From Octopus sinensis (lineage: Eukaryota), in NCBI RefSeq assembly GCF_006345805.1, contig NC_043012.1:59272001-59336000 (forward strand): DNA of 64,000 nt, written 5' to 3'. Positions within the stretch are counted from its first letter, which is position 1; each line of letters starts with the position of its first letter. A program made the translations under genes and the position numbers. A model generated the notes under the pieces. That model saw only the letters and a list, made by a program, of their open reading frames with translations. It was not told the DNA's origin and did not search any database. Positions 13,373 through 26,410 of this stretch are shown one piece after another.

Positions 13373-13677
13373 TCACACACACATGCATATATGTATATAT
13401 TTGTATGTATATGTATATATATATATACACACAAGCATATATGTATATATATGTATATATACACACACACACACACACATATACATATATATATGAACGT
13501 ATGAATGTATGCACTTACGTATGCACATATATATACACATATGTACACACATATATATACGTATGAGGGTAATTGTGCGCAAGCATAACACATACACATA
13601 CATTTATGTCTGTGTCAGAGCTTGTATGTATGTGTACATATTTGTGTGTGTCTGTGTATGTGCGTATATATATTATC

Positions 13678-13756
<79 letters not shown>

Positions 13757-13849
13757 TATATTATATGTATATACGCGTGCGAATGTAAGTGCGTGCGTGT
13801 GTATTTCTGTGCGAGCGTCCGTGTGTGTATGTGTATGTGTTTGTGTGTT

Positions 13850-13881
<32 letters not shown>

Positions 13882-14514
13882 GTGTGTGTGTGTGTGCGTG
13901 TGTGTGTGTGCGTGTGTGTACATGATTGCTCATACATCATAGAATCAAAATAACGGAAGTATAAAGTGAAGCGATTAATTATCTCAAATACTTGGAGCGA
14001 CATATTTTACAAATGGCTAACCTTTTATATCATCTGACGCTTCGCTTTGACGGTGATTTAGAAGATAGTTTTTTGGTGTGTGTCTGTGATTATTTGTGTG
14101 TGTTTGTATGTGTATGTGTTTTGTACCTGTCTGTGATTGTGCGAGTGCTTGCATATGTTTATGTATGTATTTTGTGTTTTCTGAGCGGGTGTGAGTGCTT
14201 GTACGCATAACATGCGTTATAATACGTGTAGGGGAGCACATGAAAGAGATGAAAAACATGTTTATGCATTTTGAGAAAGAGACAGAATTTGAGCGAAGAT
14301 CTAGCTAGCATGTTGCTGAAAGAGAGTGAGGTTGCGGCGGAAAGAAAGAGATAAGGTGCAGATCGTGCTAGCAGGAGTGCGGCAGCAGAAGGCTGTACCT
14401 GATGAAAATATAATAGTAAGGTAAGAGACTGCAAGCAAAAGAAATAAAAGCGACTAAAAAGATAAGCTGAGATGACAATAAGTGCTAAAATATTCTATTC
14501 AAATTTAGGCACAG

Positions 14515-14850
14515 GAGGCATATGGCCTAGTGGTTAGAGTAGCGGACGCGAGTTTGAGGGATCGCAGGTTCGTATCTCAGACCGGATGATGTGTGTGTTT
14601 ATGAGACACACTAAGCTCCACGCAACTCCGGCAGAAGGTAATGGCGAATTTCTGCTGACAATTTCTGTCCGGCAATTTCGGAGAAGGGGATAAGTCAATT
14701 ACATCGCCCCAAGTTCTCAACTGATTACCGATCCCGAGAAGATGAAAAGCAAAGTTGACATCGGAGTAATTTGAACTGATAATATAAAGATTTACGGAAT
14801 GCAACTACGCATTTTACCCGCCGTGTTAATGTTTCTGCCATCTCACCACC
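14515..14850. mobile_element. Family C SINE 5' part (+, 14515-14668) abutting a family A SINE (-, 14675-14850)
   Basis: Similarity to the other in-window copies. Confidence 0.7.
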
Positions 14851-14863
14851 CTGCTATCAGGGA

Positions 14864-14922
<59 letters not shown>

Positions 14923-15029
14923 TAACAAACAAACAACAATAACAACAATAACAACAACAACAACAACAACAACAACAATAATACAATAATAACAATAATA
15001 ATAATAATAATAACAACAACAACAACAAC

Positions 15030-15587
15030 AGATGCCTCGATGCAGTACCAGACAATGGCTCTCGTGCCTTCTGATCTTAACTGATTAGAAGTGTTATCAT
15101 GTACATTGTTTTGTCTTGGTATAAAAGATGGGCTACAGCAAATATTCTGCTCAATACCACAGATTTGATTGTCAGTTGCTTGACCTTAACCAGTTGAATA
15201 TATCTTTTGGTGGCTGACGATATGTGCATCTCTGATCACGAGCAGAAGTAGTGGAAGAGCATCATAGCCTTGTGTTGAGAGAGATTCTTTGGGGTTTGAA
15301 TAATTCACCTCCAGAAACATGGGTATTTCGTTCAACATCCTTAAACAAACCTTATTCAGGGACCTTTTGAGCGGGATGGCTTACTCGACGAGAAGAAAAT
15401 CCTAAATTGGCCACCACCTGCAAGGTATGTGCTGTTTATCTTGATATGAGATCACCATGTCACACACATGTGGTTGTGATGCATGTGCCTAGTGTACCCT
15501 TATCAGACTGGTTGTCATGATGGGTATACTGGGCTTCGTATATTTTACCCCAGTGTCACTTAGATGGCATGATCTGCTCTTTCACTC
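15030..15587 (+). mobile_element. ~560-bp non-coding repeat embedded in (AAT)n/(AAC)n; possibly the 3' UTR of an R4/Dong-type LINE or a non-autonomous derivative
   Basis: Complex sequence bounded by (AAT/AAC)n at 14866-15029 and (AAT)n from 15588, the same context as the LINEs at 58-61 kb; identity is inferred. Confidence 0.45.
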
Positions 15588-15631
<44 letters not shown>

Positions 15632-15998
15632 TTACAATGATAATGATGATGATGATGTTGATAATCTAGAGGGGGTTATATGTTGGATGTGGAAAGACTT
15701 AAAACAGGAGGGTGAATGTGAGATTGTTATTATGGGAGGGGATTAGCAGAGGAGAGGACATGATGGAAGAAATGAAAGGTGAGAAAATGTTAGTTAAAGA
15801 AATTAAAGATGAATGATAGCAGATCGCGAGAGGGGAAGGGCAAATGAAGTTGTATGCTGGAAGGGAGAAAAAGCGATAGTTGACAGGAAAGAAGGTACAG
15901 TGAATGGGGGCCAAGCATTGTAACAGAGGCTTAGAGATAGAATAGAGAAAAGTGTTAATTCAGAAACTGCAACTGAAGAAGAAAACAAGAGAGATAGA

Positions 15999-16073
<75 letters not shown>

Positions 16074-16362
16074 GGAGGAGGGAAACCAGAAAGAAACAAA
16101 AGCATAGAATGAGGGGAGGAGAGAGAATTTTTACAGAGGAAACTTCTTTTTTTTTTTTACTGATTGCCATGCGTGTGCAATGCAATGAAGAACACTGATT
16201 GATCGTAACGATAAGGTATCGAACATTAACTTACTCGAAATATCACCAGTTTGTACACTCTCACTGGTGCTTCGAAATGTGAAGACAATTTGCTTATAAC
16301 AATAAATTCCATCTAATCTAAAGCTCAAGCGCACAGAATTGTTATTATTAGTATTCGCAATA

Positions 16363-16560
16363 AGGCGGCGAGCTGGTGGAATCGTTAGCACGCCGGGTAT
16401 TAACAGGGTATTTCGTCTGTCCTTACTTTCGGAGTTCAAATTCCGCGGAGGTCGACTTTGCCTTTCATCCTTTCGGGATCGATAATTTAAGTACCAGTTG
16501 CGTACTGGGGTCGATCTAATCGACTGGCCTCTTCCCCAAAAATTTCGGGCCTTGTGCCTA
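16363..16560 (+). mobile_element. Family A SINE, short-tail variant
   Basis: ggcggcgagctggtggaatcgttagcacgccggg...cccaaaaatttcgggccttgtgcctag. Confidence 0.85.
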
Positions 16561-16576
16561 GAAAATAACTTTTAAA

Positions 16577-17055
16577 GGCGGCGAGCTGTCAAAAACGTTA
16601 GCACGCCGGGCGAAATGCTTAGTGGTATTTCGTCTGACGCTACGTTCTGAGTTCAAATTCCGCCGAGGTCGACTTTGCCTTTGATCCTTACGGAGTCGAG
16701 AAATTGAGTACCAGTTACGCACTGGGGTCGATGTAATCGACTTAATCCCTTTGTCTGTCCTTGTTTGTTCTCTCTGTGTTTAGCCCCTTGTGGGTAGTAA
16801 AGAAATAGGTATTTCGTCTGCCGCTACGTTCTGAGTTCCAATTCCGCCGAGGTTGACTTTGCCTTTCATCCTTTCGCGGTCGATTAAATAAGTACCAGTT
16901 ACGCAGTGGGGTTGATATAATCAACTTAATCCGTTTATCTGTCCTTGTTTGTCATCTCTGTGTTTAGCCCCTTGTGGGTAGAAAAGAAATAGGCATTTCG
17001 TCTGTCTACACGTTCTGATTTCAAATGCCGCAGAGGTCGACTTTGCCTTTCATCA
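16577..17055 (+). mobile_element. Family A SINE array: one head plus 184-bp units
   Basis: Units start with g(t/c)atttcgtctg at 16625, 16809 and 16993; the third is truncated. Confidence 0.85.
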
Positions 17056-17969
17056 TCTGAGTTATGTTAGTTGACTGGAAATGTCCTCAACCGAAAATCG
17101 AAACTGCACCGCAGTATCTCGTGTTTTACAAACACTTGCCCAAGATTAGAGTAATTAATCAGTTATATTCAGACAAAAAGCTACTGTTAGAATAGCATAG
17201 ACGTAGGCATGGCTGTGTAGGGAGAAGTTTGCTTTCCAACCACATGATTCCGGGGTCGACTTTGCCATTCACCAGCTGAGTACTGGGGTCAATGTAATAG
17301 AATTGCACTCACCACGAAATTGCTCTTCTTGTGCCAAAATTTGAAACCAGTGTATAACGAACTGGCTGAGAGATCAGAAATTTGGTGAGAGAATCCGTTG
17401 ATTAATTATATCGCCATATTACTTAAATGGTATTTTATTTTGTCCACTCTGTAAGGTTAAAATCAAATTTGACCTCGGTGACAATTGAACACAACGTAAA
17501 GAGCCGTATAGAATATAACACATTCTAATGTGTCGTCTGCCAATCCCACAACCATTTTAGACTAAATTAAATTTCTTTTTATTCAAGCAATATGGTAAAA
17601 TTTGGACTAAGGAAAGAAAAGCAATCATTTTTCTATTTAATACAGCAGTGGAAATACCAGTACATAGTACCTATTTTTCACGAGACTGACATGTACCATC
17701 TAATGCCCAGCTCGATCGGAACGTTTTCATGTTATATGAGCTGAACACTGACAACAGGAGACAAAACATCAAGTTTTGGAGAACCAGCCCGAGATCGTCT
17801 GCATCACGTTGATTGTTCCTTCTTTCTTGATTTCATAACGTTGACAAATGATCTCATAATGCCCCTTGCAAGTACTATCTGCTTGCCAAGGAAGTTCTGT
17901 ACCTGAAGAAAAACTACCATGGAGGACGTCCTTGTTGCCTTCCTTCGGTTTCTTCTTTTTTACTACACT

Positions 17970-18133
17970 AGGCGGAGGAGTGGCTGTGTGGTAAGTAGCT
18001 TGCTTACCAGCCACATGATTCCGGGTTCAGTCCCACTGCGTGGCACCTTGGGCAAGAGTCTTCTACTATAGCCTGGGGCCGACCAAAGCCTTATGAGTGC
18101 ATTTGGTAGACGGAAACTGAAAGAAGCCCGTCG

Positions 18134-18204
<71 letters not shown>

Positions 18205-18425
18205 GTGTGTGTGTGTATGTGTGTGTGTTTGTGTGTCTGTGTTTGTCCCCCTAGCATTGCTTGACAACCGATGCTGGTGTGTTTATGTCCCGTCACTTAG
18301 AGGTTCGGCAAAAGAGACCGATAGAATAAGTACTGGGCTTACAAAGAATATGTCCCGGGGTCGAGTTGCTCGATTAAAGGCGCTGCTCCAGCATGGCCGC
18401 AGTCAAATGACTGAAGCAAGTAAAA
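17970..18425 (+). mobile_element. Family B SINE (CORE-SINE-like) with internal (TA)n(TG)n
   Basis: ggagtggctgtgtggtaag head, gggttcagtccc B box, gcaccttgggcaagagtctt CORE-like segment, 3' half ending gactgaagcaagtaaaa; Octopus OR-type CORE-SINEs are the likely relatives (not verified). Confidence 0.85.
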
Positions 18426-18764
18426 AAAATCATCTTGTAATTTCAGTTAGGGAAGAAGAAACGGGTCCCGGTATTTATCGCCCTCCAAAGAATGAAATGC
18501 AAAATTGACTTCAGCAAGATTTGAACTGTCGGACAGGCATACATACCTAATAGCGGAATACATCTTAATCGACATTCTAATGACTGACAAGTCGTCTACT
18601 TAGGCATTGACGTCGCAGGAGTTTGTGCCACCGTCGTAGCCCTGGGGGTTGTTACTTCACCGAATCGCCCAAGCCGATACAGACTTATACAACAGACCCC
18701 AAAATGTCACCCTCCTAAGAGCGTCTCCATCCTCTAGTTTCCCTTTGGCCTTATTCTTATATAT

Positions 18765-19120
18765 TTCACTTGTTTCAGTCATTAGACTGCAGCCATGCTG
18801 GGGCACCCCCTTGAAGGATTGTTATTCGAATGAATTGACTCTGGTATGTATATCATTTATGCTTGGTATTTATTCCGTCGCTTTCTTTTGCCGAAACGCT
18901 AACTAACGAGGGCGTAAACAAACCAACGTCGGTTGCCAAGTGGTGGTGGTGGTGGTGGTGGTGGTGGTGGTGGTGGACAAATACACACACAGTTTCTGTC
19001 TACCAAATCCACTCACAAGACTTTGGTCGGCCGAGACAATAGAAAATGTGCCACGCAGCAGGACCAAACCCGGAATCATGTGGATGGGAAGCCACTTCTC
19101 CCTACACAGACATGCCTGCG
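18765..19120 (-). mobile_element. Family B SINE, diverged
   Basis: Reverse-complement match to the family B head and tail. Confidence 0.75.
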
Positions 19121-19727
19121 TCTATCTTATTCTAACAGTAGCTTTTTGTCTGAATATAACTGAATAATTACTCTAATCTTTGGCAACTGCTGTAAAACAA
19201 AAAATACTCGTGGTGCAGTTTCGATTTTCGGTTGAGGACACATCCTGTCAACTAAACTCAACTATTAAAGTTGAAACATACTATAACCTTTCCAGGTGAT
19301 TCAATCACCATCGAAGAATTCATCTTATTGTCTTAGAGTGTGTAGGAATAGAAACTCTATTGATGTTCATCGATCTGCCAGCGTTAGATACACTTACGAG
19401 GTAGGCCGGCGATGACTGGACTCGAAACTGAAAATCCAGGCACGTTTCACAAATGCTTACCGACACCTACAGTCTCTGCTAATGCTATTGGAAAATTCAT
19501 CTGTCCTTTGTTCTTATAAATAATGAGCGCCATTTTAAAATGCCTGTAGTCTTTGTTACAGCTTTTATCTTTTACTTCCTTCGATCATTGGACTGTGGTC
19601 ATCTCCTCGAAGGATTTAGTTGAACAAATCGACCCAGGATAATTTTAAGGTATAGTGCTTATTCTATCTGCCTCATTTATCAACCGATAGTGGAGAGGCA
19701 AACACGCAACACAAACACATATGCAGG

Positions 19728-19762
<35 letters not shown>

Positions 19763-19771
19763 GTAGATAGG

Positions 19772-19802
<31 letters not shown>

Positions 19803-19809
19803 GGATTCT

Positions 19810-20262
19810 TTTACTCTTTTACTTGTTTCAGTCATTTGACTGCGGCCATGCTAGAGCACCGCCTTTAGTCGGTGTAATCACCCCACAACTTATTCTTTGT
19901 AAGCCTAGTATTTATTATATCGTTTCTTTTGCCGAACTGCTAAGTTACGGGGACGTAAACACACCACCATCGGTTGTCAAACGATGTTGGAGAGAACAAA
20001 CACAGATACACAAACACACACACATATATATACATATCCATTTATACGGCAGGCTTCTTTCAGTTTCCGTCTACCAAATCCACTCACAAGGCTTTGGTCG
20101 ACCCGAGGTTATAGTAGAAGACACTTGTCCAAGGTGCCACGGAATGGGATTGAACCAGTCCCATTGCGTGGCATCTTGGGCAAGTGTCTTCTGCTATAGC
20201 CTCGGGCCGACCAAAGCCTTGTGAGTGGATTTGATAGACGGAACTGAAGGAAAACCGTCGTA

Positions 20263-20295
<33 letters not shown>

Positions 20296-20319
20296 TGTGT
20301 GTGTGTGTGTGTGTGTGTA

Positions 20320-20355
<36 letters not shown>

Positions 20356-20550
20356 TCCCCCAACATCGCTTGACAACCAATGGTGGTGTGTTACGTCCCC
20401 GTAACTTAGCGGTTCGGCAAAATAGACCGATAGAATAAGTACTAGGCTTACAAAGAATAAGTTCTGGGGTCCATTTGCTTGACTAAAAGCGGTGATCCAG
20501 CATGGTCACAGTGAAATGACTGAAACAAGTAAAAAACAAAAGAGTAAAAA
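19810..20550. mobile_element. Two family B SINEs fused head-to-head (-, 19810-20154; +, 20156-20550)
   Basis: Both are truncated at the B box around aatggga-ttgaaccag-tcccatt (20143-20165). Confidence 0.85.
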
Positions 20551-20557
20551 GACCATG

Positions 20558-20745
20558 CACTAGTTTAAAACACTGTCTCTATTAATACTGTTAAAATATG
20601 CATGAAAGCCACAACATCATCTGACATTTGTGTACTCAATTATGTGCACACACTAGTTTAAAAGATTCACAGTCTTCGTTAATACTGTTAAAAATACATG
20701 AATACTATAACATCATGTGTCCTTTGTCTACTAAATTATGAACCT
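20558..20745 (+). repeat. Diverged two-copy tandem repeat, period 93 bp
   Basis: cactagtttaaaa at 20558 and 20651, each followed by ttaatactgttaaaa...catgaa...aacatcat...tttgt.tact.aattatg. Confidence 0.8.
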
Positions 20746-21235
20746 TTGTAACTATCTCGCCGAAGTATCGATAATTATTTCAAAGTTTTAAATTTATGCA
20801 TCGTTTATTTTGAAATTTCGTATGTTCTTTGTTTCCGTCTGTTTTTATAATTTTTCCTTTTTCTACGTAGCAACTCTCTTGATAATATTTGTGTTTTTAT
20901 TTTTATTCTTATATTTTTTTTTTTTTTCATATAATGCAAAAATATATAAATTATCATTAAGAGAAGAATGAAGTGAAATTATAATAATCAAAAAGTCAGC
21001 AATATCTAATTCAAAATCTTAATTAAAACTCGTGTATTTGGCGGGGTTGTCAAATTTGAATTAAAGTTATTTTCGTATTCAATTTAGATTGCTTTGTTGA
21101 TGTAAGGCAAAGACTGCTTCAACTAAAACAGAAATGTAGCGATATCACTCCAAAATATGCTGGTATTAATTCTCATGAAAGTCAATGACGAAACTGACTA
21201 CGCCTGAAATAAACCACATTAATTTTCTGCACCGA

Positions 21236-21237
<2 letters not shown>

Positions 21238-21310
<73 letters not shown>

Positions 21311-21338
21311 CATTATATCATTATTATTATTATCATTA

Positions 21339-21397
<59 letters not shown>

Positions 21398-21501
21398 TAT
21401 TATGTTGTTGTTGTTGTTGTTGTTGTTATTATTATTATTATCATAATTATTATTATTGTTATTATTATCATTATTATTTTATCAGTTTATTATTATTTAT
21501 A

Positions 21502-21533
<32 letters not shown>

Positions 21534-21655
21534 CATTATTATTATTATTATTATTGTTATTATTATTGTTATTATTATTATCATTATTATTTTATCAGTT
21601 TATTATGATTATTATTATTATTATTATTGTTATTATCATTATTATTATTATTAAT
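21238..21655 (+). repeat. (TTA)n/(TTG)n microsatellite
   Basis: Direct reading. Confidence 0.95.
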
Positions 21656-22709
21656 TTTTCAGTGTTGTGTGTGTGAGTGGTAAGGTTTTACTTTTCTGCT
21701 TTCATCTGTATGTATGGGTGTGTGTATAGATGGATGTGTCTATGTGTATGTATGTATGTACGTATGTATGTATGTATGCATGTATGTATATTCATATGTA
21801 CCTGTACGTTTATATGTGTATATAGAGCGTATACGTGTATGTGTGTGTATGCGCAGGTGTGTATATATGTTTATGTATGTCTGTAAGCGTGCCTGTGTGT
21901 TTGTGTGCGTGTGTGTATGTGCGTGTGTGTGTGGAAATAAATTGTTTCAGCAGATCCAACTATTCAAATTAGCTGCCAGCGAACATATAGAAATAATAAA
22001 ATATGGAACAACAAAAAAAAAAAAAAAGAAATAAAGATAACGCCAAACTTAAATGAAAGCTAAAACAAAACGTGTAAAATAACAACAACAACAACACAAC
22101 AACAACAGCAACAACAATTAATGACGTCAGCACAAACTCGGTGACGTTTCTAGTAGGCCAACAATAATATATGGAGCAAGCAACGGTAATTATTGTAGTG
22201 TATCAAAGTGGAAGTAATTTGTCTATGAAAGAAGAGACTAAGAATTACTTGCCATGGCGGCTAAACTAGTAAGGAACTGTTTCAATGTTTCTGTCACAGA
22301 CTTGAATAAAGAAAATATTTTCACGGTCATAATGATAAAAATGATTTGTTTATTTCTTGTGCTTCTTTCTCATGTCTTGTGATTCGTTCGTTTTTATTTG
22401 TTTTTATTATGTTTGTTTGGTTGTTTGCGTTTGTTATTTTTGTTTTTGTTTTTGTTTCAATTTTGAATCTTGTTTCTCTGTTTCTTGCCTTTTATTGTTA
22501 TTCTTGTTGTTGTGGTAGTTTTTTTCTGTTTTTCCTTCTTATATGTTTTTCTCTTTACTTTTTTCCAGTTTATTTTCTGCTGAACTTTTTGGTTTTATAT
22601 ATTCTATTTTATTTTGATTTGGTTTACAAAAAGACAAATCTCTGTAAAAGACAAAAATAAGATAATAAAAAACGAAAAGTAAAGTTAATAACAACAACAA
22701 CAACACAAC

Positions 22710-22763
<54 letters not shown>

Positions 22764-24160
22764 AAAATAAGAAACTTGATGACTTTTCAAGATTGTTAAT
22801 GGGTTTTAAAAGGTGTGGTCGGGTTTTTGTCGCTGAAAAAAAAAAACAAACACTTTTTACATTTTCTTCAATTTTTGTTTTTAAAGAAACCAAACGACTA
22901 AACGAAATGTGATCAAAAGAAAAGTCTGTATAGAGTTTATCCATCAAGTATCCACTTTGAAGGGCTTACTTTGAAGTCATATCTTTTGCCTTTAGTCTTT
23001 TACTAATCTCTTCAATAATTGTCGTTCTTTGTTAAAGTTTATAAGAAATACATTTGCACGACTTTGCAATTAAAACTGATTTGATCTAATTTACTGTTCT
23101 GTACTTTAATCTTAATTATTTTCGTTCTTGATTAATTATGAATTTTTTTTCTTTAACGTAGACATAATGCTACAAATCTGTAATGGAGGGCATATAGTCA
23201 ATGTCTCAGTGCTTAATTTCAGTACTTAATTTCCACTTAACCTCAGTATTTAATTTCCACTTTATTTTATTCACCTCCGATGACAACAAGTCAAGGTACA
23301 TCTTGTCCGGATTTGAACTCTAAATGTAAAGGTGTTACACCTGATGCACTGTGGAGTCTGCCAACCAATCGCTCTTTTTTTGTTTAATTATTGATTTCTA
23401 ACAAAGGCACAAGGCCTCAAATTTGTGGGAGGGATCTAGTCAATTATATCAACCCAAGTGTTTCACTGCTACTTTATTTTATCGCTCTTAGATGGCTGAA
23501 AAGCAAAACTGACGTCATCTGGATTCGAACTCTGAACGTAAAAGATTGTGACTAAATACCACATGTACGATCTAACGTACATCTTTCCTGCACAAGTCTG
23601 GTCTTTTAACAAAGGAAGAAATCAATAATACCACTTTCACGACACTGAATACTACATCTTAGGATATGGACAGACAACATTCTTGGTGACGTATGTAACG
23701 ATCAGTCTAGGACAGTGAAGTAACAGAATAGTCAGAACGTTGAACAAAAATGCCTCACTGCATTTTTCCCGGGATTTAACATTCTGGGATCAAATCCCAC
23801 CGAAGTCAACCTTGTTCTTCATCTGTCGAAGTGCACTTCCTATACAATAAATTATCAGAGAAATAACAAGGGCGATATAATTGAGTGCTAGACTTCCTCT
23901 AAATTGTGAAAAGTTATATTCTAACATAAAATGTGTGGCCTATGAATAGCATAAATACATTGGTATCCTTCATATATGGCTATTTTGGTTTAATACTACG
24001 GGAAGGTAATTCATCTTGTGCTCTGCTGTTTCTGACACTCTTAGTTCAACATTATTAAGCAATGAGATCCATTAGTTAAGATAAGTACATATGGCTGAAA
24101 CTTAAAACTCGTCAGACGATTCACCAAAGGAAATTCTGGCTGTTAGTTTTCATTTAATGC

Positions 24161-24248
<88 letters not shown>

Positions 24249-24251
24249 ATA

Positions 24252-25529
24252 TTGGGGTATCCAATGAATAATGCGGTTTTTTCAACTGCATGAATAAAAG
24301 TCGCAGGAGGACGGGATAAATTACTTGTATCAACTTGCTATAAAAGCAGTTAGTAAAGTTACCTTGTATTTATTCTTAGTGCAAGTTTTGAAGAGTGCAG
24401 TTCGATTTTGACAGATATTTTTTCAAAGCTATAATAGAAGTGACAAAGGAGCATATTCGGCATATTTTGCTTTATGAGTTCAATAAAGGTAACAACTCAA
24501 CGGAAAGTGCGCGGAGTATTAATGCAGTAAATGGAGATCGGATAATAAGTCAGTGTCAATAGTGGTTCAAGAAATTCCGATCCGGGAACTACAACCTAGA
24601 AGACGAGGCTCAACCTGGAACATCTGTAGAGCTCGACGAGGATGTCCTGCAAACCCTAGTGGAGCAAAATCTCATCATAACTGTTGAGGAACTAGCAGAG
24701 AAGCTTGGATTTGGTCATTCAGCCATTCATTGAAAACTGTGTGCCATCGGAAAAGTCAGCAAATTGGGTCAATGGGTTCTTCACAAACTTTCTGCGTCTA
24801 ATCGTGCTCAGAGAGTGAATGTGTGCCCACTTTTGCTGTCACGTCTCAGGAATGAACTTCTTTTGGACCGAATCGTGACAGGTGACGAGAAATTGGTTCT
24901 CTATAAAAATGTCAAGCACCGATGACAGTGAGTGGGGGAAGGCAAAATACCGAGGAGCTAGGCTACAGAAGGTCTTCAGCCACGTAATGTGTTGTTATCT
25001 GTTTGGTATATGAAAGGTTTTGTCCACTTTAAAATTTTAAACCCAAACCAAGCTATAACAAGTGAGATCTACTTCGAGCAGCTTGAGTGGCTTAAGTCAG
25101 CACTAGAAGAAAAACAGCCATCTTTTGGTTTCAAGACGAAAGGTATTCTTCCATCAGGATAACGCTTGGCCACATACATGGAGGATGACGTTCCAAAGGC
25201 TGGAGCGTTTGAACGGGAAACGATGCCCCACCCACCATTATCGCCGGACATTACCCCATCTGATTATCACTTATTCCACAGTCTTCAAAATCATTTGGAC
25301 GGAAAAAACATAAATTCTGTAGACGAAGTCATTACAATACTGGAGGAGTATTTTCCGTTACTGACAAGTGGATTTTGGAAGAGATGCCTTGTAAATCTAC
25401 CAGATAGGTGGAAGAGCATTGTGGAAAATGAAGGAGGGTGTATTTTAGAGTAAAAAAGAACTTTCTTAATTTTAATTTTGAGAAAGAAAAGAAGTATATA
25501 AAAACCGCATTATTTATGGGATGACCTAT
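24252..25529 (+). mobile_element. Full-length decayed mariner (Tc1/mariner, DD34D) transposon
   Basis: 29-bp TIRs at 24252-24280 and 25501-25529 (23 of 29 match), TA on the left; transposase remnants WVLHKL (WVPHEL), TGDEKLVLY, FHQDNA, HPPLSPDITPSDYHLFHSLQNHL. Confidence 0.95.
24434..25453 (+). pseudogene. Mariner transposase pseudogene
   Basis: N-terminal EHIRHILLYEFNKG...WFKKFRSG helix-turn-helix region; start probably mutated to ATA; several stops and frameshifts. Confidence 0.9.
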
Positions 25530-25939
25530 CACATATACATATGACTAATACAGCAGCTTATATTCGTGGAAGCAATTTGCAAAGCCAGATGTCATGTTAG
25601 ATTTAATGAAGCAAATGGTTTTGCCATAGATTATGACGACTGAGTAAAACAGAATGACTGGTGTTGAATGCGCAAATACCTTCTACATTATAAATAACAA
25701 TTGTTGAAACGGAAGATGATGTCGAGAGAAGAGGTACTTTTATTTTAAGTGCTCGCTCTATTTAGGTATCAGTTACTATAACAAGGGACCGAGCATTTCA
25801 CTGATAAGAGAAGCGATAGTATTGACAAACTCATGAGATGGGATGGTGCGCAATGTCTCCCTTTAGACTACAGATTTACCCTAGAAATAATATATAAAGC
25901 TTCATTTTCAAGGTTTTCTCTAACGCTCAATACGTTACT

Positions 25940-26410
25940 CACTCATTACATCAGCAAGTTATATATTATATTCTATATATACATTATATATTATTTAATA
26001 TATTTATATTATATATTATATCATGTATTTATATTTTAAATTATATATTTATATCATATAAGATATATTTATATCATATATTATACGGTATATTTATATT
26101 ATACATTATATCATGTATTTATATCATATATCATAAGATATACTTATATTATATATTATAAGGTATATTGATATTATATATTATACTTGTATTTTGTTAT
26201 ATTACATATTTATATTTTATATTATACAGTATATTTATATTTGTTATCTTATATATTTATATTAAATATCATACGGTATATTTATATTATATATAATATT
26301 ATATATTTATTTTATATATTATATATTATATAATATATTTGCATATATATTACTTTATATATTTATATATGTACATTACTATATATTTATGTCATATATT
26401 CATATATCAG
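25940..26410 (+). repeat. Extremely AT-rich degenerate minisatellite
   Basis: Variants of tatacggtatatttatattata recur within TA-rich sequence. Confidence 0.7.

Noticed and set aside
14300-14425. Possible exon ending at a strong donor AG/GTAAGA (about 14420)
   Set aside because: An upstream in-frame stop, no good acceptor and no recognisable protein; left unsupported.
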